Shown here one piece after another: positions 13,215 through 24,489 of a DNA stretch of 64,000 nt. The notes below the pieces were generated by a model. The model searched no databases. It was not told where the DNA came from and saw nothing but the letters and a program-made list of their open reading frames with translations. The stretch is from the NCBI RefSeq assembly GCF_001194135.2, contig NC_068982.1, positions 86,911,994 to 86,975,993 on the forward strand, read 5' to 3'. The first letter of the stretch is position 1; each line of letters begins with the position of its first letter. The DNA is from Octopus bimaculoides. Taxonomy: Eukaryota. The translations under genes were made by a program, and so were the position numbers.

Positions 13215-16200
13215 GGCTGAACAAAAATCTTTTTTGTGCATGGCGCAAAAAGATTGTGCAACAACTGACCTGGCTGCATCAAGCACAGACTTGGAACCCC
13301 ACCCACCTCAACACGAGGGCACTACAGTCGACAGATACAGTTTGGCCCCCACTAACACCAACACAAGCGTCATGCCAATGTTTCTTTTGAATATCAGAGG
13401 TCTGTTGTAACTCAACAACAAAACAAAAATCTCTTTCCTGAGAGACCTTGCTGCATGCGGTCAAGCCCTATGCGTTGTACTTGTGGAAACGCATCTTAGA
13501 TCTGATATAGAGGATGCAGAAGTACACATACCGAATTATTTTGTAATAAGAACGGACAGAAGAGAAAGGAGCTGCGAATGAATTGCAGTATATATCCGTG
13601 AAGACTGCACTCCCCAGATCCTGTTGTCATAATCAAATTCAGAATGTGACGCTCAAATTGTATACACAAGACAACTTGAAATTGTTATATGTACTACATG
13701 TCACTCACCAGATGCTCCATATTTGAAGACTGCCTCGCAAAATTGGAACAACACATCAGTGTATTCCTCAATGTGGGATGGCCCGAGGGCGTCATGTTCT
13801 CAGGAATGACACAGTGCCAGCGGTTACATGTAGAGTCTCTGCTCAGCCTTACCAATGTCTCATTCTTGGAGCAATTTGTGCTTCAAACAACCAGTGCAAA
13901 TTATATAGTGGATCTTTGCTTCACAAAAAATATGAATATCATCCATAATGTGAAAGCGACATCGATACTAGTCTTGGATGGCAATATAATAGAGCTGAGT
14001 ATGTATGGATCAAAAGGAGCTGCAGATGTTCAGACTATACGAAGCGTCAGAAATCTCTCCTGTCTGAACTTTCATAAAGCTAACTGGAAACCGATTCAGA
14101 AAGAGAATTGGCCTAAGTGTCTCTCCTCACCAGACATCGACATGAAACTTATGTCCGTAATGCAAAGTATATGTGACAAATCTGTTCCTAGAGCACAAAG
14201 TCAACATATACAAGAACGAGATCCTCAGGGAGAGAAAAATTCTTATAAGACGATGGACAAAGGCTGCAAACTGCCTGAACAAACATCTCCAAACAAGTAA
14301 TGGATAGTCCCACCTGAAAAAAAAAAACACTGATGAAAACTGAGAAAGGTATGCAACAATTCCATGAAAAGAGGGCAGAAAAAGAGGATTGGGTTATAAA
14401 AAATGTCAAGTCAAATCCTAAAGCCAGAGAAACGGTTTCTGTACGTTACAAGATAGAGCCCCTCTTTCAAATAGATGACTCCTTCACAGGAAACCCAACC
14501 AGGATAAGTGAAATACAGAACTGAACGAATAGCTCAGAAGTATTTTCTGCACCCCTTTAGGACACAGGCAAGTTAACAAACCAGCGGAGTTCTTTTACAC
14601 AACACCTGTAACCAAGAAGGCGGTAATAATTGATGACATCAATATTAAAGAAAATGTAATTATGGCAATAGATGAAGTAGACGCAAGCTCAGCTGCTGAC
14701 CCTGATGGATTCTAGCAATTCTCAAGTCATGCAAACGAACCCTTGCAAAACCATAGCAGATTCTTTTTTAGAACTTCCTTGCAAGTGGTAAGCTCCCAGA
14801 CAAATTGAAGAAGGGACTAATATGCCCTGTCCCTGTGGAAGCAGAGTAGATGCTAAAAAGTTTAGGCCTATCTCTCTGACCTCACACATCAGCGAAGTCA
14901 TGGAACGAATAGTCTGAAGGAAACTAATTGAGTTCCTTGAACGTTAACTGACACCCAAAATGTTTTGCGACCAGGTAGAAACTTCCTGATTATATATGGA
15001 CCAAAAGGAGCTGCAGATGTGCAGAATATACGAAGCACCAAAAATCTCTCCTGTCTGAACTTTCATAAAGCTAAATGGAAATCGATTCAGAAAGAGATCC
15101 ACAAACAAGATTGGCCTAAGTGTCTCTCCACACCAGACATTGACATGCAACTTAAACATTTCATGTCCGTAATGCAAATTATATACAATAAATGTGTTCT
15201 CAGAGCACAAGACCAATACACACAAAAACAAGATTCTCAGGCAGAGAATGGTTTTCGATCAGGTACAAGCTTCCTGACAGCTTTTACAGCACTACGACTG
15301 AGTGTTGAAGTAGTTGAATCAACTAAAATGTGGACATATGTCTTGACTTTTCAAAAGCCTTTGAGAAAGTTAACCACAGTATATGTCACAAGCTGTGTGA
15401 TCTCGGCATAGTCGGAAAACTTGGAGAGTGGTTAGAACCACTTGTACAGAAACAAAAATAGTGAGTGGTATTCCACGGGGCACCGTCTTAGGGCCATTGC
15501 TATTCATAGTGATCCTCTCAGACATAACTTCAGCTGCTCAGATAGTCACCCTTGCTAGCTATGCAGAAAATACAAGATGTCTCTCAGAAAATACAGAAAC
15601 CTAGAGACCGGAGTTGGATACAATATACAGGTGGGCTGAGGACAGTAATATGCCATTTAATGTTGGAAAATTCCAAGCCCAGTAAACAAAGCTGAATGAA
15701 ATACAGAGAGGATACACTGACCCAGGAGGGATTGCAAACCTTGAATTGAAATCAGTGCGTGACCTGGGCAGTGACATGAGTAATGTTGCACCTTTTCAAG
15801 TGCATCTTGCTAAGATGGTTATAAAATCCATATGGCTGGATGGATCCTTAGAACTTTCAGAACAAGAGGATAAGAAACCATGATGGTCTTCCGGAGGACA
15901 TATGTCCTCAGCTGCCTAGATTATTGCTCAAAATTATGGTTACCACACTATAAAATTAACGGCGGAACTCGAAGCAATCAACGAAACTAATGACAATCGT
16001 CTCTGCGACATGTCAACTATTGGAAAAGGCCGAAAAAGTTATGACTCAACTCCCTAGAACGAAGGTTGGAAAGATATGCAGTGATATACTGCTGGAAACT
16101 CCTGGAAAGACTTTTACTAAATTTTGGCATTGAAAGTTACACAAACAGCAGGACGGGCGCCACTACAAAATGCCAAAGATCCCAACATCGCCATCCGGAC

Positions 16201-16509
16201 ACAGGATCAGGTACTGCAACAGCTTGGGTTTCAAGGGTCCAGAACTCTTCCGTGTCTTCCCAAAATACCAGAGAGATCTGTTTGGCGCTTCGTATATTCT
16301 GAACATCTGCAGCTCCTTTTGGTCCAAAACAAAACTGGATCCCTTCGTGTCAAGAGTTCCGGACGAGTCTACGGGACGGCAGGAAGCGCATATGAGGGCA
16401 ACAGCATCAAACTCTCTCATTCACCAAATGCCATATATAAGAGGAGGTTTCGATGCTCCAGCGATTCCACAGCATGGCCGTAGCTCTTGAGCTGAAACTA
16501 GTTGAAGAG
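13215..16509 (+). mobile_element. CR1/L2-group LINE (APE + RT), decayed and rearranged
   Basis: APE motifs FLLNIRGL, VETHL...DAEVHIPNYFVIRTDRR; RT motifs KKFRPISLTSHISEVMERIV, NGFRSG, LDFSK-like, GTVLGPLLF, WAEDSNMPFNVGKFQ; C-terminal KTKLDPFVSRVPDE. Confidence 0.85.
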
Positions 16510-16789
16510 TATATGTATATGTACATACCTTTCAACGCCGTGTATGCCATAAGGTCTTCAAATCTAACGGAGACCTCAAAAGACATCTTAAGATTCACAA
16601 AGATCAGAACTTAACTGCAGCTCTTGGTCGTCCAAATCAGATATGCAGTCTATGTGGGTGTCTTTTCAATACTTTGGTTTAAAAAGCCACATCAGACGCC
16701 ATGATGGATCTAAGGTGTAGGTACAGGTGGTGGCCAGACTCTGCATAAAGAATAGACAGCCACCATATATATATAAATATATATATAGA

Positions 16790-17118
16790 TAGGCGCAGGA
16801 GGTGTGGCGGAGGAGGTATGGTGCAGAAGTAGGTGTGGTTGTCTAAAGGTGTAGGTATGCTTCCAAACTACATGGTTCTGGTTCAGTTCCACTGCATGGT
16901 ACTTTGGACAAATGTTTTCAATTGTGTATGTTTATACCTCATCACCTCTTGACAACCGGTGTTCATTTGTTTACATTCCTGCAACTTAACGTTTCAGCAA
17001 AAGAGACTGATAGAGACTAGGCTTTAAAGAAATATGTACTGGAGTTGATACGTTCGACTACATCTTTCAAGACGATGCGACGGCATGGCTGCAGTTCAAT
17101 GACTGAAACAAGTAAAAG
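16790..17118 (+). mobile_element. Diverged tRNA-derived SINE
   Basis: Head and tail similar to 636-1020. Confidence 0.7.
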
Positions 17119-17767
17119 ATTATGTATGTAGAATAATTGTGACACTAACAATTTTGTGAATAGTTATGAATCTAAAGCTAATTGCGACTCTAAAGGAAAT
17201 AAAACGAAAGAAATTGGAAGGATGCATTTTAAAAGATCGAAGGAGAATCTAAGGAGAGGCAATGATATGAATATGGTTGAAATAAGTAGCTAGGGTTAAG
17301 CGATTACTTGTTACGTATTAAAGAACTGAACTATTTGATGGAAATTTAAATCTAACGACCAATATATAATTATTATACGAAATAAATTACAAAATCCCTA
17401 AAGGAAATTAATCGAGGGAATAGGTTTTTGTAATTGAATTGTATTGATATTTTCCTTTACTGACTTAGCAGTGACGTACTAGCTGCCAATAGAAAATTCT
17501 TTTGTAATGCTAAAAAATAGAAACTATTGAATAGGTTACTTTTCTAAAAGCATTATGTGTAAAATGCTGTGTTTAGAAAATCAAATGTAATTCTGAAAAG
17601 AATACGGCTACTAAGTTTAATATAGTAGACTCTACAATACAAACTTAGATTCTTTAAAGCGCATGAAAGTATCACCTGGTAGTTGAATTCAGATTTTGTA
17701 AACTATTAAAATATTTCACTGGTAAATACTTTTTTGATGTGAATAAACAATTATAATTAAATCGACG

Positions 17768-17827
<60 letters not shown>

Positions 17828-17856
17828 CTGTCTGTCTGTCTGTCTGTCTGTCTGTA

Positions 17857-17891
<35 letters not shown>

Positions 17892-17908
17892 GTCTCTCTC
17901 TCTCTCTG
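17768..17908. repeat. (ATCT)n/(GTCT)n/(CT)n microsatellite
   Basis: Directly visible. Confidence 0.95.
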
Positions 17909-18262
17909 ATGATTTAAAAAATGAACAGTATTCGCCGTATTTCACAAATTACGTCAATATCACAAAGATGGAAGGAGGCTATAAAAATAGATCATTAAGT
18001 CCAACTAGTGGAATAAAAGTGTATTCTTGTTCAGATAACAATAAAACTTAATTGGCTGCATAGAGAAATTTGCTTTTATGATAGGAATTATGTGGTTGAT
18101 CTATTAAAGATTACGTGTTAGGCAAGTAAAGTCATTAATAGTTATCAGCGATTGATTACATAACAGTAGAACAAATATTTTCTGTTAGAAGATTTTGTAA
18201 TTTGGCTTAAGAATCGAGTATTTGCGAAAATTACATAATACACGAATAAAGTCTATCTAGAT

Positions 18263-20941
18263 CACTGGTTCCCAAACTGTACGCCATGGCTCACTGGTGC
18301 GCCTTAAGATGTAATTTGGTGCGCCTCGAAAAAGTAAGATTATATTTCAAAACATAAAAAATACAAACCGAAATTCACTAGAAAGTTCATATATAAATGT
18401 CAAATACTATAAATGTCTAAGCTAAGAATGAGAGATGGTTGTGTCATTCAATACATTTAGCTAATTATGGTATAGCAATGTTATTCAATTTTGAATCAGA
18501 AATTTCATAAGGATAATAACTAAATTAGCATCAATCTATCATCGAAATTGACGTCTTATGGACTTATTCAGTGCACGACTATGTTTCAGTTTATTTCGGT
18601 CGTCGCCTCAGCAGTTTTCATTTCAATAATAAATATGAGAAATAAGCTATTGAACTAAAATATATGATGTTGAACTAAATGTTTAAATACGCCCTCGCGT
18701 ATTGCGGCTGTATTTCAATTGTTTTCATTCAGTGGCGAGAATTTTCATCTTTTCGATTAATTTTGAAAAGCTTCTCAAAAGAGTCCGATCACGTGTGACA
18801 CGCTGCCACTTTTCACAGCTCACTGGCCACTTGTCTCAGTCTCAGTTTGACGCTGTTAGTTATCTGTACTCTTTGTGCGAGACAATTCATATTAACAGAC
18901 TAAATTACCCATAAAATGGAAAAGTTTATTAAGAGGGAACGATTATGAATCTGAAAGTGAACGTCCGTCAAAAGTAATTAAACATAGTGATAATAATGCG
19001 AAAGCATGACCCAGTCGTAAATATTGCAATAGCTATTTAAAGTTTGGGTTTCATTGGACTGGCAACGAGGATCAACGTCTTCCGCTGTGTGGTGTTTGTG
19101 GTAAAAAGATGTCTAACGAAGGCATGTTGCCTAGCAAGTTGAAAAGACATTTTACAACTAAATACTCACAATGTCAACGTAAAGATCTGAATTATTTCCA
19201 AAGACTGCTAGAACAGCAATCTGAACAAAGAAACTATTTTGAAAAAAGGATTCATGCTTCTGAAAAGGCTCAAGTCGCGTCTATTGAGATAATCGAAATG
19301 GTTGCACTACAAACGAAATCGCATACTTTAGCCGAAACGATTATCTTACCCGCTTGTAGAAAGACGGTTAAAACCATGTTAGGTGATGAAGTCGAGCAAG
19401 AAATAAGCAAGATTCCGCTCTCAAATAATACAATCCATCGGAGAATTATGGACGTATCTGCTGATATAGAAAAACAATGTATAAAACAAAATTTCAGAAC
19501 TCAGAATTTGCTCTACAGGTTGACGAATCAACTGACATTAGCAACAAAGCACAATAACTTACATTTATTCAATTCATTGATGGTAACCAAATCATAAGTC
19601 AGTTCTTTTGGTGCGAAGAAATGCCACTCACAACAAGAGGTCAAGATATTTTTGACATTTTATCTGCCTACCTCGAAAAATGGAATTTATCCTGCAATCC
19701 ATCTGTTGGAATATGTACCGATGGAGCACCATCTATGACAGGCTCTGTTAAAGGTTTTGTATCGTTCGTACAACAACAAAATCCTAATGTTATACGTACT
19801 CATTGATCCCTACATAGGGAGGCATTAGTTTCAAAAACAATACGAGTTGAGCTAAAGCGAGTTGAGCTAAATGGTTAATTATATTAAAAGTAGGCCGTTG
19901 AAATGTCGCTTACTCTTTTACTCTTTTACTTGTTTCAGTCATTTGACTGTGGCCATGCTGGAGCTCGTGTTGATATGAATTCCCAGCACAAGCGCTTACT
20001 TTTACACACAAAAGTCAGATGGCTCTCAAAAGGTAAGGTGCTACGTTGCATACATGAACTCCAGAAGTAATTTCATGCATTTTTTAAAGAAGAAAAACAT
20101 GACCGCTTCTTGGAATATCTACAATATGAAATTTTGGTTTCCAAGCTGGAATATTTAACAAAGATATTTGCACAACTTAATAACGCCAACACAATTATGG
20201 AAGGTAGAAATGAAAACATTCTCACTTCGACAGATAAGCTGGTTTCCTTTAAACAGAAAGTGATAATTTGGAAAAATAGAGCTGAAGGTGGTAACTTCGA
20301 AATATTTTCCTTAATACGTAAAAGCTGCATAAAAGAAATAACTCCTATTGTATTTAAACATTTGACAGATCTGGAAGAAAAAATATACTTTTATTTTCCG
20401 TCATTGAATACTGAAGAGTATGATTGAGTTCGAAATCCCTTCATAAAAATTCCATCTAATATTGGTCTGAAAATATGTGAAGAAGAGGAATTGGCATCTA
20501 TATCCAGTGATTGCGGACTTAAAATCAAGTATGGGATTGCTATTATAGGAGTAGCAAAAAAAGCTTTATCCGTTTTGATGCAATTTCCACATCGTATTTA
20601 TGTGAGTTGGGATTTTCAACCCTGACTAACATCAAATAAAAAAGAAAAAAGAGAAGAAGAAATGAGGGTTTATGTTTCTCAAATACGTCCCAATATTGAA
20701 AACATTCCCAAAAAACATGAAGAGCATGTTTCTCATTGATAACTTTGCTTTATATATTCAATAAAGAGTAAGTACATGCGATTTTTCTGTATTTTTAATC
20801 ATCTATATATTACTTTATAGTCTATGCTAATGTGTATAAAACCCCTTTTGAATAAATTTTAGAATTTATGTACAAAGTGCACCGAAATATTTTGACTTCT
20901 TGTAAGGTCTGCTGTGAGTAAGAAAAATTTGGGAACCACTG
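18263..20941 (+). mobile_element. Full-length hAT (Buster/Charlie, ZBED5/SCAND3-like) relic
   Basis: TIRs CACTGGTTCCCAAA / TTTGGGAACCACTG; 8-bp TSD ATCTAGAT/ATCTAAAT with the central TA typical of Buster. Transposase fragments: BED finger (PLCGVCGKKMSNEGMLPSKLKRHF), ICTDGAPSMTG, WLSKG, C-terminal YLCELGFS-like; several stops and frameshifts. Confidence 0.9.
19911..19964 (-). mobile_element. 54-bp SINE/LINE 3'-tail insertion inside the hAT transposase
   Basis: Reverse complement of GCTCCAGCATGGCCACAGTCAAATGACTGAAACAAGTAAAAGAGTAAAAGAGTA. Confidence 0.8.
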
Positions 20942-21413
20942 ATCTAAATTGCAAAAGTTGTGAAACATTAGCAAAATAAAAAGGAAAATATATAAAATAT
21001 ATATATTCTATTTCTTACTTCAGTTATTTGACTAAAGCCATGCTGGGTTACTACTTCACAGGGTTTAAACTATCATATCGACTCCAGTACTTATTTTAAG
21101 TCTTGTACATATTTCATCACTTCATTTGCTGAACCTCTAAGTCACGTTTATGCAAACAAGCCAACACCGGTTTTCAAGCGGAGAGAGACAATCACAAAAA
21201 CAAAGTATCACGCACACACACACAAATGCGCATATACGTACTCGCACATACACATACACAAAAGACATTTCCGTACAGTTTCCGTACGGTTTACTAATTT
21301 ACTTATTGGGCCTAATGCATGTGTGTTTCTAACAGGAAAATACAAACACACATACGTACACACAAATACACTCGTATGTGCATCTACAATGTTATTCATT
21401 TGAATTCTTTTAG

Positions 21414-21502
21414 CTGTGGAGATTGAAAGTGATGAAAACATTCCACTCTTAAGTAAACAGAAGAATAATTGGGAATATTCTTACGGATCGGTTTCAGGAT
21501 AA
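21414..21502 (+). CDS. Candidate terminal coding exon of a host membrane protein, (A)VEIESDENIPLLSKQKNNWEYSYGSVSG*
   Basis: Acceptor TGAATTCTTTTAG, non-repetitive context, [DE]xxxLL (ENIPLL) and YxxPhi (YGSV) motifs, TAA stop, ATTAAA ~65 nt downstream. Confidence 0.4.
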
Positions 21503-21916
21503 TTTTTGTTTACTTTGGGGAACAATAGGATGTATTCACGTTATCTCAGTCTTCGGAGCTATAATAATTAAATACAGAGTTATCTATATTGTACTTGAAT
21601 CAGGTATCCAGAATTACAATTTGCTCTATATCAATATATTTAATTTATTACATAGACAAACAACATGATATATACAAATCAAGCTGGTTAATGAAGTATC
21701 CTGACAAAATTACTTTTATATAGAGCGATTTAGAATCAAAGTTCTCTGGGTGGATGGGTGGTATCCCTTTTCTAAAGAAGAAGAATAATTATGAAACAGA
21801 CCTAAAAGGTTTTTAATTCTGTTTTTGCTTACTTAAGTGAAGAATAGGCTCTCCAATAAGTAAGCGAAGGGTTATCTATGATATACATGTTGTTATGTAT
21901 ATATATATAAATATGA

Positions 21917-21956
<40 letters not shown>

Positions 21957-21972
21957 TTAGGTATATATAATT

Positions 21973-22565
21973 CAGCTTGTCGGAGCCTTCTAAAAGGTAC
22001 AAAAAGGAAGAATTCAGTCATTTTACTACAGATGTCAAGCACTCAACTCAACCGTCAGTCAATGCATTTTGAAATCTGATGATTACTAAGAACATATGAA
22101 AGCCCCAATTGAACTTTATGGACATTACAAAATATTTCTTTTAATGTTTAACACATTCCAACATTTAAAATACATATATAATAAATGGAGCAAAACGCAT
22201 ATAATCAATAAGTTCCTTTATGTTTCAAAATATATGTGCACTCTACTCCAAAGAAGTAAGAGGTGCTGGAATTGCACATAAATTCATCTTCAGGGAACCA
22301 ACATACAAAAAGCAAGACCAGCGCTAAATGCAAAGGTTGCGTACGTGTTATAACATTATATAGTTAAGTAAATGACCGTTAGAAGCAAGAACGCTGGTTT
22401 ACAGGGAGCTATTAAGGGAGAGAGGCTATGGACGCTATACTAAAAGTTTAAATTAGAGGAAGGGAAAATGGATCGGAGTTAAATCCAGAAATCTAAAGTT
22501 CAAAAAAGGCCAAACTAAAAACCAGAAAAGGAGGAAGGGAGAGAATCCAATGAATTATTATATTT

Positions 22566-22598
<33 letters not shown>

Positions 22599-22980
22599 NN
22601 NNNNNNNNNNNNNNNNNNNNNNNNNNNNNNNNNNNNNNNNNNNNNNNNNNNNNNNNNNNNNNNNNNNNNNNNNNNNNNNNNNNNNNNNNNNNNNNNNNNN
22701 NNNNNNNNNNNNNNNNNNNNNNNNNNNNNNNNNNNNNNNNTATAGTCTGGTTTTCACGCTTTTTATTATTGTATTAAAAAAAATTTAAATGTTGAAATGT
22801 GTTAAACGTTAAAAAAAATATTTTGTAATGTCCATAAAGTTCAATTAGCGCTTTCATATGTTCTTAGTAATCATCAGATTTCAAAATGTATTGACTGACA
22901 GTTGAGTTGAGTGCTTGACATCTGTAGTAAAATGACTGAATTCTTCCTTTTTGTACCTTTTAGAAGGCTCCGACAAGCTG
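21973..22980. mobile_element. Non-autonomous DNA element with ~210-bp TIRs and AATT flanks
   Basis: 21973-~22180 is the reverse complement of ~22768-22980 with a few mismatches; AATT|CAGCTTGTCGG...CCGACAAGCTG|AATT; N-gap inside. Confidence 0.75.
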
Positions 22981-23479
22981 AATTTTTCGAATGCGATTTT
23001 GATTAATCAGCATGCAGTTTAAACATCACAGTTTTCTGGGCGCACGGATATTACTGGCATAGATCCCACCTTCATTTTAACCAATTAGCTTGCGGTTTAC
23101 ATGTAATGGTTTTATGAGTGAGCAAACTTAATTGGTTTCGATTGTTTTTATTTCAATCGGTGGGAGTCTTCTGTAATTTGTTTATACAACATATGAATGT
23201 TAAAGATATTTTTTTAATCTACATCACTAACTGGTTGTTATATCATTGTTATTATTTCCGTTCAGAACAGGTTTGAACATTTTAATAAAACGTTTTTCTT
23301 TCATCTTTCTTCCAACCTCATTTGTGTCGTGTAGTTTGTGGAAAGGAAAAGTTAGAAACATTTTCTGATCACATGTTTCTATATGTTCGCTCAATGGAAT
23401 TTGGCAAACATTTGTTGTCTGTGAACGCGTGAGCGTTCCGATAATACATTCTCTCTCTCTCGCCAATATATAGTTCCTC

Positions 23480-23936
23480 GCATTTAGGGCATTTAATCCA
23501 GTAGATCAAATTTCCCCTCACTTACCACCCCACCACCCTACCTCTCCAACGCACCATTCTCCGTGCCGTCCGGCGACTCCAGTCCGACCCCTCCACTTCA
23601 CACATCTTCCCTAATCAACTCATCCCCTCCTTCAAAGGAACCCACAGCCTACGAGACCTCGTGAACCACTGCTTCTTCCCTAACCCAACCTCTCAACCCG
23701 GCTCGTTCCCCTGCTCCGCACACGCTGCTGCACTTGCCCTTACCTCTCCAACACCACCCTCCTCACTGGCACCTACCATCGACCCTATCATATCACTGAC
23801 TCCTTCACCTGCACTTCTAGCAACGTCATTTACTGCATCTCCTGCTCTCTCTGTCCTCTACACATCAGTCAAACGAGACGCCGCTTAGCTGACCGGTTCG
23901 CGGAACACCTTCGAGACATCAGACTCGGCAACGAGG
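23480..23936 (+). mobile_element. Penelope-like (Neptune-type) GIY-YIG fragment
   Basis: Reads ...FTCTSSNVIYCISCS...RRLADRFAEHLRDIRLGNE; inverted copy of ~25440-25870. Confidence 0.8.
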
Positions 23937-24197
23937 TAAAGGAGGGGATCGACACTTTTGAGAGAGCACGTATCCAGCATGAAGAACTTAAGCGAGATGC
24001 GCGAAAGCGCACGGCTCGTATAGAGAATGGGGAAAGCTTAATCTGCAATGCTTGCAGTCGTGTATGCTTGTCAAGAGTAGGGCTCATTAGCCACCAACGG
24101 AGCCGCAAATGCAAAATATAAGTTAGTCCTAGAGCGCACAATGTTCCTGAAGGTCGGCAATGGTCTTCCTCGGTCACGAGTGGACGGCCATCATATA
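23937..24197 (+). mobile_element. RTE LINE 3' end
   Basis: C2H2-like LICNACSRVCLSRVGLISHQRS, then a 3' UTR ending GGACGGCCATCATA. Confidence 0.7.
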
Positions 24198-24489
24198 NNN
24201 NNNNNNNNNNNNNNNNNNNNNNNNNNNNNNNNNNNNNNNNNNNNNNNNNNNNNNNNNNNNNNNNNNNNNNNNNNNNNNNNNNNNNNNNNNNNNNNNNNNN
24301 NNNNNNNNNNNNNNNNNNNNNNNNNNNNNNNNNNNNNNNNNNNNNNNNNNNNNNNNNNNNNNNNNNNNNNNNNNNNNNNNNNNNNNNNNNNNNNNNNNNN
24401 NNNNNNNNNNNNNNNNNNNNNNNNNNNNNNNNNNNNNNNNNNNNNNNNNNNNNNNNNNNNNNACATATACATACAGACACATATATAAA

